55,746 nt of DNA. Origin: a virus. Taxonomy: Duplodnaviria; Caudoviricetes. The stretch is taken from positions 1 through 55,746 of IMG/VR virus record IMGVR_UViG_3300033407_000020; one strand, 5' to 3'. Below, piece by piece: positions 36,415 through 44,545 of the stretch (position 1 is the first letter of the stretch; the number at the start of each line of letters is the position of its first letter). The translations under genes and the position numbers were made by a program. A model generated the notes under the pieces. That model worked only from the letters and a program-made list of their open reading frames with translations. It had not been told where the DNA came from and searched no databases.

Positions 36415-37235
36415 GATTCTCCTTGGGCTAGGGACAGCTGGGGTGGCTGGCTAGTGAGGTCGAGGAAGCGGTTGAGGACGGCCTTGTTCGCCGCGCCCTT
36501 GCCGTTCGTGCGGGGCTCTGCGCGCTCCTTGGCCCGTGCAAGGCGCATCTCCAGCGCGTGGATCGTGATGGGCCCGTCGTCCATCATCGCGGCGGTCAGC
36601 GCGTCCTCGGCGTGGCCAGCTACTAGCAGCGCGCGGGTGGCGGCGAGCATCCCGAGGTAGTTGCCCGCTGGCTTCGGGTCCCTGCGTTCGTACACGTCAG
36701 CGAGGATGGCTCTGGCTCGTTCGCGCATCTCGTCGGGGGCCTTCTTGGGTGGGGCATCTCCGAATAGCGGCACGACCCCATCTGCTGCGGAAGCAGCAGG
36801 GGTTACCCCTGACGGTTCCCCTGACGGTTCCCCTGACGGTTTGGTAGGACTTTCGCGCGTACCCGTTGCCGCGCCGTTCGCGTACCCGTTGCCGCGCCGT
36901 TCGCGTACCCGTCCAGCAGCGGGTAGGACTTTCGCGCGTACCCGCTGCCGAGGCTCGATTCGGACTATCCGGTAGAGGTTCGGGCGCCGGTCAGCCGGGA
37001 TGCGCTCGTCCGGCGCAGCGTTGATCTCCCGCGTGATCCAACCTCGCTCCGTGAGCGCATGGATGCAGCGGCGCGCATGGTCGACGCTGATGTTCGCCTC
37101 CCATGCGATGAGTTCCGCGCTGGGCCAGCACTCGAAGTCGTCGCCAGCATGGTTGGCTAGCGAGAGCATCACGAGCCGTTCGGCGCCCTTGGAAGGGTGG
37201 CCCTCCAACACGTAGGTCAGCGCCTGGACGCTCAC
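36411..37235 (-). CDS. Replication initiator (N-terminal winged HTH)
   Basis: MSVQA..V...RLVMLSLANHA...CWPS...IA...L...GWI...N.Y. Internal iterons. Confidence 0.8.
   Translation of the reverse strand: MSVQALTYVLEGHPSKGAERLVMLSLANHAGDDFECWPSAELIAWEANISVDHARRCIHALTERGWITREINAAPDERIPADRRPNLYRIVRIEPRQRVRAKVLPAAGRVRERRGNGYANGAATGTRESPTKPSGEPSGEPSGVTPAASAADGVVPLFGDAPPKKAPDEMRERARAILADVYERRDPKPAGNYLGMLAATRALLVAGHAEDALTAAMMDDGPITIHALEMRLARAKERAEPRTNGKGAANKAVLNRFLDLTSQPPQLSLAQGES
36806..36944. repeat. Iterons / probable replication origin inside rep
   Basis: 3 x CCCCTGACGGTT (36806-36841). 4 x CGCGTACCCG at 36856, 36879, 36902 and 36935. 2 x GGTAGGACTTTCGCGCGTACCCG. Confidence 0.8.
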
Positions 37236-37279
37236 CGGGGTGCTCGGAGGGTCGCTGGACTGCTAGCGTGGTGATCCAC
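37232..37279 (-). CDS. 15-aa leader peptide coupled to rep (GTGA overlap)
   Basis: AAGGAG 9 nt before GTG 37279. The TGA overlaps the rep GTG. Confidence 0.55.
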   Translation of the reverse strand: MDHHASSPATLRAPR

Positions 37280-37303
37280 GAAGGGCTGCTCCTTCGATCT
37301 GGC

Positions 37304-37331
37304 GGCACCCCCGTTCGTAGGCGGGGGTGCC
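37304..37331. terminator. GC hairpin upstream of the rep leader
   Basis: 10-bp stem ggcacccccg/cgggggtgcc. Confidence 0.65.
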
Positions 37332-37367
37332 CGCATGTACGGGCTCAGGTCAGACCCGCAGACTACC

Positions 37368-37538
37368 TCACCGCGTGTCGCCGTGAAGGGCCTCGCGCAT
37401 GACCAGCAGATCCGCCTCCGCTGCGCTCAACCGGTCGAAGTGGTACAGCTCGCCCAGAGCGCCGCACTGCACGAGCCGTTCCCGCACCCGCTGAAGGACC
37501 GCCGCGTGGTCGACCGCGCAGACCATGACCGGCCTCAC
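37368..37538 (-). CDS. Hypothetical protein
   Basis: GTGA overlap with the ERF gene. Confidence 0.45.
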   Translation of the reverse strand: MRPVMVCAVDHAAVLQRVRERLVQCGALGELYHFDRLSAAEADLLVMREALHGDTR

Positions 37539-38509
37539 ACCAGCGCCTGCTGCGGAGGCTCCCACGACTCATCCGCCAGGAGCGCGGCACCGAGGCGCTG
37601 ACGCAACGCGGGGACGTTGCCCACCTTGTCGAGCCCACGTGCTACCAACTCCACAGCCAGGCGCTCCCTGCCCAGCTGTCCTACCCAGTCGATGACAGCC
37701 TCCACGCGGTCGCTGTGTGGCTCGCTGTGCGCCTCAGACGGCTCTGTGGGTGTCTCGCTAGCGGGGGTATCCTCGGGGCCAGCAGGCGCCTCCTGAGCAG
37801 CCTCAGCGTCCTTGTGAGCGACCCACGCGGCGTGGATGCCCTCGGCTGCCTCCTGCGACCACTCAGTCAGGGCATCCCCGGAGGCGAACTCCCATGCCTT
37901 GCGGGCCTCTTCCCTGTTCCCGTCGAGCAGGTTCACCAGCGCGAACTGGACGGCCTTCGCATCCCACACGAACCCCGGCTCAGCGCGCGCGTCGGCCTCG
38001 TGAGTGATCCCATCGGCGTCGTCCTTGGAGTCGCTGATGCTCAACGTCTGGAGCATGGCGTACTTCAGTGCCTGCGTCATGGCCTTGTTGGCGCCCTTGT
38101 CGCTGTTGTCGCGCCCGATCGCGAGCAGCGGACCCACAGTGATCCAGTCGCCAGAATCACCAGGGCCGTGCACGGTGTACTCGACGCTCAGGATCGTGTC
38201 GGTCCACGGCTTGCCGTTCACGACGAGCTCGCGAATCTCCCACGAGCGGACGTGCGGAACGAACACGACGCCATGCCGGGCGAAGAGCCGCTGGGTGTGG
38301 ACGGTAATCTGCTCGATCCCGCGGTAGCTGTAGCCGCCCTGCTGCGGGCTGGCCGTCTGGTCCTTGCCGATGGCAGGCAGGTCGCGCATGACGCGCCGCA
38401 GAGCTTCGATCACGTCCTTAGCGGGCGGCTCGACGGGCGGTGCTGCTTCTGCGAGCGCAGCTGCCTGCTCGGTCAGCTCGTGCGCGGTGGCGGGCTTCGG
38501 TGAGGTCAT
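37535..38509 (-). CDS. ERF-family single-strand annealing protein
   Basis: IGK......YSYRGIE, HGV, DKGANKAMTQALKYA and DAD motifs. Confidence 0.85.
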   Translation of the reverse strand: MTSPKPATAHELTEQAAALAEAAPPVEPPAKDVIEALRRVMRDLPAIGKDQTASPQQGGYSYRGIEQITVHTQRLFARHGVVFVPHVRSWEIRELVVNGKPWTDTILSVEYTVHGPGDSGDWITVGPLLAIGRDNSDKGANKAMTQALKYAMLQTLSISDSKDDADGITHEADARAEPGFVWDAKAVQFALVNLLDGNREEARKAWEFASGDALTEWSQEAAEGIHAAWVAHKDAEAAQEAPAGPEDTPASETPTEPSEAHSEPHSDRVEAVIDWVGQLGRERLAVELVARGLDKVGNVPALRQRLGAALLADESWEPPQQALV

Positions 38510-38566
38510 CGGTGATCTCCTTGGGTCGGAACTAGTAGCGCACTAAACCTTAGCGCGTATCGGCGC

Positions 38567-38761
38567 TCACGAAGGCTCGCCCCCTTCGGTGACAGGCGCG
38601 GGGTGGTCGAAGATCCCTTGCGCTTCATGGAGCGCAAGATCGCCTTCCATCACTCGGTCCATCAGCCCCGTCCAGCGTCCCCCCTGCCGCTTGCCTGGCG
38701 CAGTCGTTGCAGGAGCACGGGAAGGGGTAGTTGCGGTCGTCTTTGCGACACGGCCGTTCAA
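38567..38761 (-). CDS. Hypothetical protein (PVTEGGE C-terminal module)
   Basis: 21-bp repeat shared with 38768-38788. Confidence 0.5.
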   Translation of the reverse strand: MNGRVAKTTATTPSRAPATTAPGKRQGGRWTGLMDRVMEGDLALHEAQGIFDHPAPVTEGGEPS

Positions 38762-38764
38762 CCA

Positions 38765-39232
38765 TCACTCGCCCCCTTCGGTGACAGGAGATGTGATGCA
38801 CCACTCCTGCAAGTGGTCTGACAGGGCAGACGATGTGCCCCAGTCCTTGCCGCAGCCAGGGCAGATGGTGCCAACGGCCGGTCCGGCTTGCATCTCGGGC
38901 CGACCGTTGGCGATCTTGTCATCCTCTTGGGGGCCAGTGACGCCAGCAAAGAGGGGGCGGTGAGGGAAGTGGCGCAAGTCCTCGTAATCGAGGTCTACAG
39001 CCGTCCATTCGCCCGCCTCGGGGTTCTCCCACACCATCCACCCCACCTGTTCCATGCCGATGGCGGCGGGTACGAGGTCACGATGATCCCGCAACGCCTC
39101 GATGACGGCGAGGGCCAGGTCGAGGTAGGTGTCGGTCAGCAGTTCCGGCACGTCGGGCAGCGGTTGCCCTGTCGTGTCGAGGTCATGGTGGTAGATGGCC
39201 TCGGCTAGTACGGCTTGCAGGTCGTCGCTCAT
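38765..39232 (-). CDS. Hypothetical protein (SDDLQAVL N-module, PVTEGGE C-module)
   Basis: ATG 39232. CPGC...H motif. Confidence 0.65.
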   Translation of the reverse strand: MSDDLQAVLAEAIYHHDLDTTGQPLPDVPELLTDTYLDLALAVIEALRDHRDLVPAAIGMEQVGWMVWENPEAGEWTAVDLDYEDLRHFPHRPLFAGVTGPQEDDKIANGRPEMQAGPAVGTICPGCGKDWGTSSALSDHLQEWCITSPVTEGGE

Positions 39233-39363
39233 CAGGTGGAGTCCTTTCGGTGGAGCCTGTAGACCCAGCACTTGCGCAGGTGCTTGGCGGCGTCGGGGTT
39301 CGGCATGAGAGCTGAGCGTCGGAGCACCATCCGTTCGCCGCAGAAGTAGCAGACCCCCGTCAC
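39232..39363 (-). CDS. 43-aa Cys-containing protein (not in ORF track)
   Basis: MTGVCYFCGERMVLRR...KDST. Overlaps at both ends. Confidence 0.45.
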   Translation of the reverse strand: MTGVCYFCGERMVLRRSALMPNPDAAKHLRKCWVYRLHRKDST

Positions 39364-39707
39364 GTCGTGACCTCCGGGTCGAGCAGGGCGCAGCAGCCAT
39401 CCGGCAGGCGGCGCTCACCGTGGACTTCCGACATCGGCCACTCGTCCAGTGGTACGACACGAGTGACCTTCGGGAATTCACCGCTGACCGACACGACTTC
39501 ACCCACCGGCCAACAACCGGGCGGGCCAGGGTCCGAGCCGTCAGCGTTCAGGCCCCACGCCATGCGAGAGAAGTCGTCCTCTTGGATGAGGGCACCGCAC
39601 CACGAGCACCGCTGACGACGGATAGGCCCAACCTGCACATCCAGACCGACGATATGCAGTACGGCTTGCAGGTCGTCGCTGTCGCTGGTCACTGGCTCAA
39701 CGGTCAT
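39360..39707 (-). CDS. Hypothetical protein (SDDLQAVL module)
   Basis: QRCSWCG motif. Confidence 0.6.
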   Translation of the reverse strand: MTVEPVTSDSDDLQAVLHIVGLDVQVGPIRRQRCSWCGALIQEDDFSRMAWGLNADGSDPGPPGCWPVGEVVSVSGEFPKVTRVVPLDEWPMSEVHGERRLPDGCCALLDPEVTT

Positions 39708-40098
39708 CAGAAAGCTCCTGGTTCGCTACTTCGAGCAGGACATCCGCATGGCACGGGGCATAGAGAGGACACCAGCAAGCCAGGTCGTGGCCCGCTAGCC
39801 AGAACCGGATGGCGTGGGTCGGGTGGTTGTTGAGCCGAGCAATCCACCGCCTGCGAGCCTCATAGGCGTGGGCAAACTGTGCGTCGGTGAACGCAGCGAG
39901 CAGCGATGGGTTCCAGATCCCGTGTACGAGGTCGCCATAGAGGTCGAGTGCGAGGTCTAGGCCGTACGTCGACACCGGAAAGGGGTTGCCCCACCGCGAG
40001 GGCCGTGCGACAACGACAACACCTTCGGGCCTGCGCCATCCCTTCTTGCGGCTCAGTTGGATGCGGTGCGGTGCGGGCCGCTCCCCGCTGTCTGCCAT
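39697..40098 (-). CDS. DUF4326-like protein
   Basis: RIQLSRKKGWR.P, RPSRWGNPF and LAGHDLACWCP...CHADVLLE.AN. Confidence 0.85.
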   Translation of the reverse strand: MADSGERPAPHRIQLSRKKGWRRPEGVVVVARPSRWGNPFPVSTYGLDLALDLYGDLVHGIWNPSLLAAFTDAQFAHAYEARRRWIARLNNHPTHAIRFWLAGHDLACWCPLYAPCHADVLLEVANQELSDDR

Positions 40099-40502
40099 CA
40101 CGCCTCCCCCTCGAAGGTGACAGTGATGCGAGCAGCCTTCAGACGGGCGAGGTATTCGTGCCCCCACCGGACGACGTGAGGGAGTTCCTCTGTCGGAGAG
40201 CCAAAGAGCGCCCGCCAGAACGCTGCGGCCAGCTCGTCGGTGAACTCCTGCACCAGCCTGCGCGGACGCACGGTTACTTCGTCGCCGTGGTTCGGGTAGG
40301 TCTGCGTGTCGCGGTCCACTAGGACGAGCACGTTCCCGCCGCCAGCATCCACAACGACGCCGGTGAAGGGTTCCCACGGTGGTTCGGGCGCAGGATTGTC
40401 AGCGAGGATCGCGTCGATGGCGACCACCCGCGGCCGCACGGCAGTCTCAGCCTCGTACCACTCCCGTAGTGCGGCGAGCTGCTCATCAGTCAGAGTCGGC
40501 AT
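40098..40502 (-). CDS. Hypothetical protein (MPTLTDEQLAALR module)
   Basis: Paralogous blocks shared with 41240-41551 and 16846-17190. Confidence 0.7.
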   Translation of the reverse strand: MPTLTDEQLAALREWYEAETAVRPRVVAIDAILADNPAPEPPWEPFTGVVVDAGGGNVLVLVDRDTQTYPNHGDEVTVRPRRLVQEFTDELAAAFWRALFGSPTEELPHVVRWGHEYLARLKAARITVTFEGEA

Positions 40503-40866
40503 CGGTGTTCCCCTTCGCGTTGTCGAGCCAGAAGGCGGTGACCTCGGCGCTGATCGCAGCACGAGTCTCAGCGTGCGGATCGCCCTGACACTGGCCGCGG
40601 TGGCATGGCTGGAACTGGCCGCAGATCATCCGTGACGGCAACGAGAACGACCCTGCGGGCTCAGGCAGCCACGCCTCGGGCCAGCGCCACTCGTCGCCAC
40701 CGAGCATCGCCAGAAGGATGATCTGGCAGCCCTCACCGACCTCCGCGTCGGCGTGGGAGATCCCGTGGTCGTGGGTGCAGTGCTCGCACCACACGCCCAT
40801 CCATGCGTCACCTTCGGTGCCGTTGCTGAACGGCCTGCCCTTCGTCGCATCGGTCAGAGTCGGCAT
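40486..40866 (-). CDS. Hypothetical Cys-rich protein (MPTLTD start)
   Basis: FSNGTEG..W...WC..C..D pattern. Confidence 0.7.
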   Translation of the reverse strand: MPTLTDATKGRPFSNGTEGDAWMGVWCEHCTHDHGISHADAEVGEGCQIILLAMLGGDEWRWPEAWLPEPAGSFSLPSRMICGQFQPCHRGQCQGDPHAETRAAISAEVTAFWLDNAKGNTDADSD

Positions 40867-41243
40867 CACGCCGCCCCCCCGCCAGAACTGCCGAAAAGGG
40901 CCGGCCGGCGCGTCAGGAGTTGAGGTCGATCGCCTCTCGGAACCGTCGCACCGTTTCGGCACACGACCAGCCCGACACGTCCATGACCTTCGCCACGCTC
41001 TCTGCCAGCCCGACAGGCATCTCCTGCTCGACGAGGTACGCCTCGATGTCGTCCAGCCAGCCCATAGCGGACCGCTTGAGGATCACCCGGCATCCGGGGA
41101 CCGGAAACGGCGACTCGTGCGCATCGGGCTTGCGCTCCGGCAACCAGCCAGGCATCGCTCCGTAGGGCACCGTCATCGGCTCCATCCTTCCATGTCTCCC
41201 GCACGCCATCGGGACAGAACCGCTCCCCGCTGTCGTCGCTCAC
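40866..41243 (-). CDS. Hypothetical protein; two nested open frames (alternative 40913-41209)
   Basis: The outer frame carries the junction modules. The inner frame has more typical GC3 codons. Confidence 0.45.
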   Translation of the reverse strand: MSDDSGERFCPDGVRETWKDGADDGALRSDAWLVAGAQARCARVAVSGPRMPGDPQAVRYGLAGRHRGVPRRAGDACRAGRERGEGHGRVGLVVCRNGATVPRGDRPQLLTRRPALFGSSGGGAA

Positions 41244-41551
41244 GTCGTCGCCTCCTCGGGGGGTGTGATGGTGTAGCCAGCAGCCGTCAGCGCCTTGTGA
41301 GCGAAGCTGAGGTCCACTGCGGCGCAGCCACGAAAAAAAAGGTCACTCCTAGCCCACGCCCGTGCGGTGCAGAACTCGTCGATCTCATGCCCGCTGGGTT
41401 CCCACGGTGGTTCGGGGGCAGGATTGGCAGCGAGGATCGCGTCGATGACTTGCAGAGCGGCCTGAATCTCGGCGTCAGACCTCGGAGGCAGTGTGTCCTC
41501 CCGCCATGCTCGTAGTGCGGCGAGCTGCTCATCAGTCAGAGTCGGCATCAC
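41240..41551 (-). CDS. Hypothetical protein (MPTLTDEQLAALR ... AAGYTITPPEEA)
   Basis: Both ends repeated elsewhere in the genome. Confidence 0.65.
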   Translation of the reverse strand: MMPTLTDEQLAALRAWREDTLPPRSDAEIQAALQVIDAILAANPAPEPPWEPSGHEIDEFCTARAWARSDLFFRGCAAVDLSFAHKALTAAGYTITPPEEATT

Positions 41552-41709
41552 TCATCTCCCTCGTAGGTGCTGGCGCGGCGCAGCGCCTCGACCGTGCGGT
41601 GGTAGCGGCGCGCAGCGAGCTCGCGCTGGTTCTCCCGCCAGCCCCACCAGATCGTCCACACGAACGCCGTCCAGAACGCGGCGGCGACCAGGGCTGCGAG
41701 GGCGCTCAC
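41548..41709 (-). CDS. Small membrane protein (not in ORF track)
   Basis: MSALAALVAAAFWTAFVWTIWWGWRE...GDE. Coupled at both ends. Confidence 0.55.
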   Translation of the reverse strand: MSALAALVAAAFWTAFVWTIWWGWRENQRELAARRYHRTVEALRRASTYEGDE

Positions 41710-42677
41710 AGGTCGCCGCCGTAGCCCGCGCGCTGCGCCTCATCCAGCTGGCGCCCGGCCTGGTGCTCCTGCGCTGCCTGGCGGTACTCGGCGTGCTGGT
41801 CAGTGAAGTCGCCGGGCACGACCTTGGCGGTGACGCGCTCCGCTTCGATGGCGACACCGGGGACGGGCTGGCCGTTGGGGCCGCGGACCTCGCGGTGGCT
41901 GGCGATGACCTCGACACGGGCCACAAGGTCCGTTGCGTCATCCGGGCTGGGCCAGCCGTCACCCACAGCGGGGCAGGTCGAGCCCACGGCCACGTCGCTG
42001 GGCACGACCTCGCCGTCTGGCACCGAGCCGTCACGCAGCCACGCCACAAGCTCACCGCTGGCGAGGACCAGCCGGGCGTGGTCGATGACCTCGACCATCT
42101 CGACGTGCTCGCGCAGCGGGTTGACGTACACCTTGCGGACGACGGGCGCCACGTCCTGCGCGTCGAGCCCGAGCGTGGCGTCGGCCCATTCGACCACGGC
42201 CTGCTCGTCGGCCACGACTACCTTGGCCTTGTGCGCTGTCGTCGCGACACGACCGGAGGGCAGCGTCACGCTCTTGGTGCGCCCACCCGTCCGCTCGCGC
42301 TCGTCCAGCGCCCACGCCTCCAGGTGCCCACGGAAGAACGCCAGCCTCGCCTGCTCACGCGCCGCGGCCTGCTGGAACCAGCGGTCGATCCGTGCGGCCC
42401 ACTCTGCCCGCTGCGCCTGGAGCTCGCCCAGCGCCCGCTCCGCACCGGCAGCGTGGCGCATCGCCCACTCAGCAGTCCCGAGCCCTGTGATGTGCCACGA
42501 CGGCGCATCCTCGGACTCCACAACCGCCTCGGCGGCAGCCTCAGCGTTGAGTCCTGCGTCGGCGGCGAGGGCCGCGGCCTCATCGAACAGCTGCGCTAGC
42601 TCGGCGTCGGGGATCGGTGGCGCCTCTGTCGCCAGCTCGGGCGGCATCGGCAGATCATCGTGCATCGGTAGAGCCAT
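41706..42677 (-). CDS. Mu Gam-like host-nuclease inhibitor
   Basis: AEWAMR coiled coil and KSVTLPSG.V...DE.AVVEWA. Confidence 0.75.
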   Translation of the reverse strand: MALPMHDDLPMPPELATEAPPIPDAELAQLFDEAAALAADAGLNAEAAAEAVVESEDAPSWHITGLGTAEWAMRHAAGAERALGELQAQRAEWAARIDRWFQQAAAREQARLAFFRGHLEAWALDERERTGGRTKSVTLPSGRVATTAHKAKVVVADEQAVVEWADATLGLDAQDVAPVVRKVYVNPLREHVEMVEVIDHARLVLASGELVAWLRDGSVPDGEVVPSDVAVGSTCPAVGDGWPSPDDATDLVARVEVIASHREVRGPNGQPVPGVAIEAERVTAKVVPGDFTDQHAEYRQAAQEHQAGRQLDEAQRAGYGGDL

Positions 42678-42744
42678 CGTGGCTTCCTCCTTGGGTCAGG
42701 TAGCCACAACCTTAGCGCACTTTAGAACGGTGCGGGAGGGATCT

Positions 42745-42852
42745 CAGAAACCGGAGGGGCGGCACCCCCGCTCTCGTCAAGAGGGATGCCGCCCACCGAT
42801 GATGCCAGGGCCCAAGGACGGGCCAACCGATGAACCCGGACCACCCCTGGCG
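42745..42852 (-). ncRNA. Candidate small structured RNA / terminator region after the lysis module
   Basis: TAAGGT at 42864-42859, then hairpins gccaggg/ccctggc and gggcggca/tgccgccc, then GGTTTCT. Confidence 0.4.
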
Positions 42853-42892
42853 CCGCTCACCTTAGCGCGCCGCGCCCGGAGCGGGATAGCCC

Positions 42893-43732
42893 CTACCCGC
42901 CTGACTCGCAGCGCTGCAGTTGGTTGAGGCAGGTGTCGATCCGCTCGATGAGCCGTACCCGCACCCAGCCGTTGAAGAAGTCGCCGTGAACGCCGTGCTC
43001 CACGTCACCGGACGAGAGCGTGATCGTCGCGCCAGCGGGCACCTCTCCGTAGTGGGTGTACGTCGTGAGCTGCGGCACCTGTACCCGATGCGAGCGCGGG
43101 CACACGTTGGCGTCCTTCCTGTCGCTGTACGTGCTGTACGCCATGTGCGAGCGGTGATCTGCCGAGTCGGTGCTCTTGCCGTCCCAGCAGTCGGGGAACT
43201 GGACGCGCATCGTGAGGTCGGTTGTGCAGTCACCGGGGGTGGGGGTTGGTGGTGCCGCCTCGTTGCACTGCCAGCCTGTTCGGCCAGCAGGAGCGGACAG
43301 GTCGGTCAGTGAGTGCCCGGCGATGATCTTCAGGCCGTCCGGGTAGGCGCGGATCGTGCCGTCCTTGCTGCCACGCCGGTAGTACGCGGTCGTGCGGACC
43401 GGGTCACGTTTGACCCCGTTGATGAACACGGCAGGCGTCCAGTACGCAGCAAGGTCTTGGCTGTCGTTGCATGTGGTGCGGCCGAGCAGGAGCTCGTCAT
43501 AGGTGGTGGTCGATGCGGTGACACCGATACGGCCAGTGAAGTCATGCAAGTGCGCTGCGCCCGGCTGGTTCGGGAACACGATCGGATCATCGCTTGCGGC
43601 GTGGTCGAAGTTGCAGGTGGTCTTGAACCTGACATCGCCCTCCGAGATGTGCGAAGCCCGCTTGACGGGGCCGGGCACGAGTGCCGCGGTCCCCGCCAGC
43701 AGGATCGCCAGGGCGCCAAGGAACCGGCGCAC
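42893..43732 (-). CDS. Secreted DUF1996-domain protein
   Basis: Signal peptide, DDPIVFP.QPG.AHLHDF.G, D.AAYWTP, FPDCWDG, CP.SH and HGDFFNGW. Confidence 0.88.
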   Translation of the reverse strand: MRRFLGALAILLAGTAALVPGPVKRASHISEGDVRFKTTCNFDHAASDDPIVFPNQPGAAHLHDFTGRIGVTASTTTYDELLLGRTTCNDSQDLAAYWTPAVFINGVKRDPVRTTAYYRRGSKDGTIRAYPDGLKIIAGHSLTDLSAPAGRTGWQCNEAAPPTPTPGDCTTDLTMRVQFPDCWDGKSTDSADHRSHMAYSTYSDRKDANVCPRSHRVQVPQLTTYTHYGEVPAGATITLSSGDVEHGVHGDFFNGWVRVRLIERIDTCLNQLQRCESGG

Positions 43733-44073
43733 TACTCGCCGGGCGCGTCCCGCAGTAGCGAAGCCTCGACGGCGCTGTCACTGTTATCGAGGCTCTTGCG
43801 TACGTCGTAACTAAAGGCCGCGGTGGAGCCGAGCACGAGCCCGGCCAGCACCACGCTGGCTGCGTCCATCGACCCGAGAGGAGTGCCCTCGAAGCCGGGC
43901 AACTCCAGGTTGGCGGTGACCGACGCCGCGCCCGCGAGGAACAGCACCGCCACGCCGACCGCCCAGGTCGCTGCCTGTGTCGCCACGTAGTTCGTGTCCT
44001 TGCCGATCGCCTTGACAACGCTGACGATCTTGATGACCGTGGCCGCTAGGGCCAGGAACCCGACTGTCTCCAT
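43732..44073 (-). CDS. Holin
   Basis: About 3 TM helices and a charged C-terminus. Lies in the lysis module. Confidence 0.7.
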   Translation of the reverse strand: METVGFLALAATVIKIVSVVKAIGKDTNYVATQAATWAVGVAVLFLAGAASVTANLELPGFEGTPLGSMDAASVVLAGLVLGSTAAFSYDVRKSLDNSDSAVEASLLRDAPGE

Positions 44074-44107
44074 GATGGTGTCTCGCTTTCTCCAGCTTGG
44101 CTGGCTT

Positions 44108-44545
44108 CTAACGTAGGCCGACGATCAGACCACCGACCGAGATGGCGACAGCGACCACTGCCACGAGGTAGCCCCATGAGGCGTCCATGCCGCGCGACTT
44201 CCCGGCGCTCAGATCGAGCCGCGAGTTGACGAGCGCCAGCGACTCACCGAACCGGGACTCCATCGCGGCGACCCGCTCTTCGATCTGGCTCTGGCGCTGC
44301 TCCGACTCCAGGCGAGGCATGAAGGTCGACGCCTGATCCGCCAGTTGAGCCCGGAACTCGTTGACCGCGTCGAACCGCTTCTCTGCCGCTACCTCGGCCT
44401 TGGCGACGGCCTCCTTGGCGGCGGTCAGTGCCGCGTTGACTGCCTTCTCCTGGTCGGCGAAGCGCTGCTGGTAGCGCAAGTCAGCCGCTTCTGCCAAGAG
44501 CTGCAGGTGCTCATGCAGTGTCTGGACGGTCCACTCACTGCTCAT
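44108..44545 (-). CDS. Coiled-coil protein with C-terminal TM (lysis-associated)
   Basis: EKAV.AAL.AAKEAV.KAE.A.EKRFD.VNEFR..L.DQ and a C-terminal anchor. Confidence 0.7.
   Translation of the reverse strand: MSSEWTVQTLHEHLQLLAEAADLRYQQRFADQEKAVNAALTAAKEAVAKAEVAAEKRFDAVNEFRAQLADQASTFMPRLESEQRQSQIEERVAAMESRFGESLALVNSRLDLSAGKSRGMDASWGYLVAVVAVAISVGGLIVGLR

Noticed and set aside
36806-36944. CRISPR array or DGR repeat
   Set aside because: The repeats are adjacent with no unique spacers, no cas or reverse transcriptase gene is seen, and the position inside rep fits iterons.
38567-41551. Integron with attC sites
   Set aside because: There is no tyrosine recombinase, and the repeats are coding direct repeats rather than palindromic attC sites.
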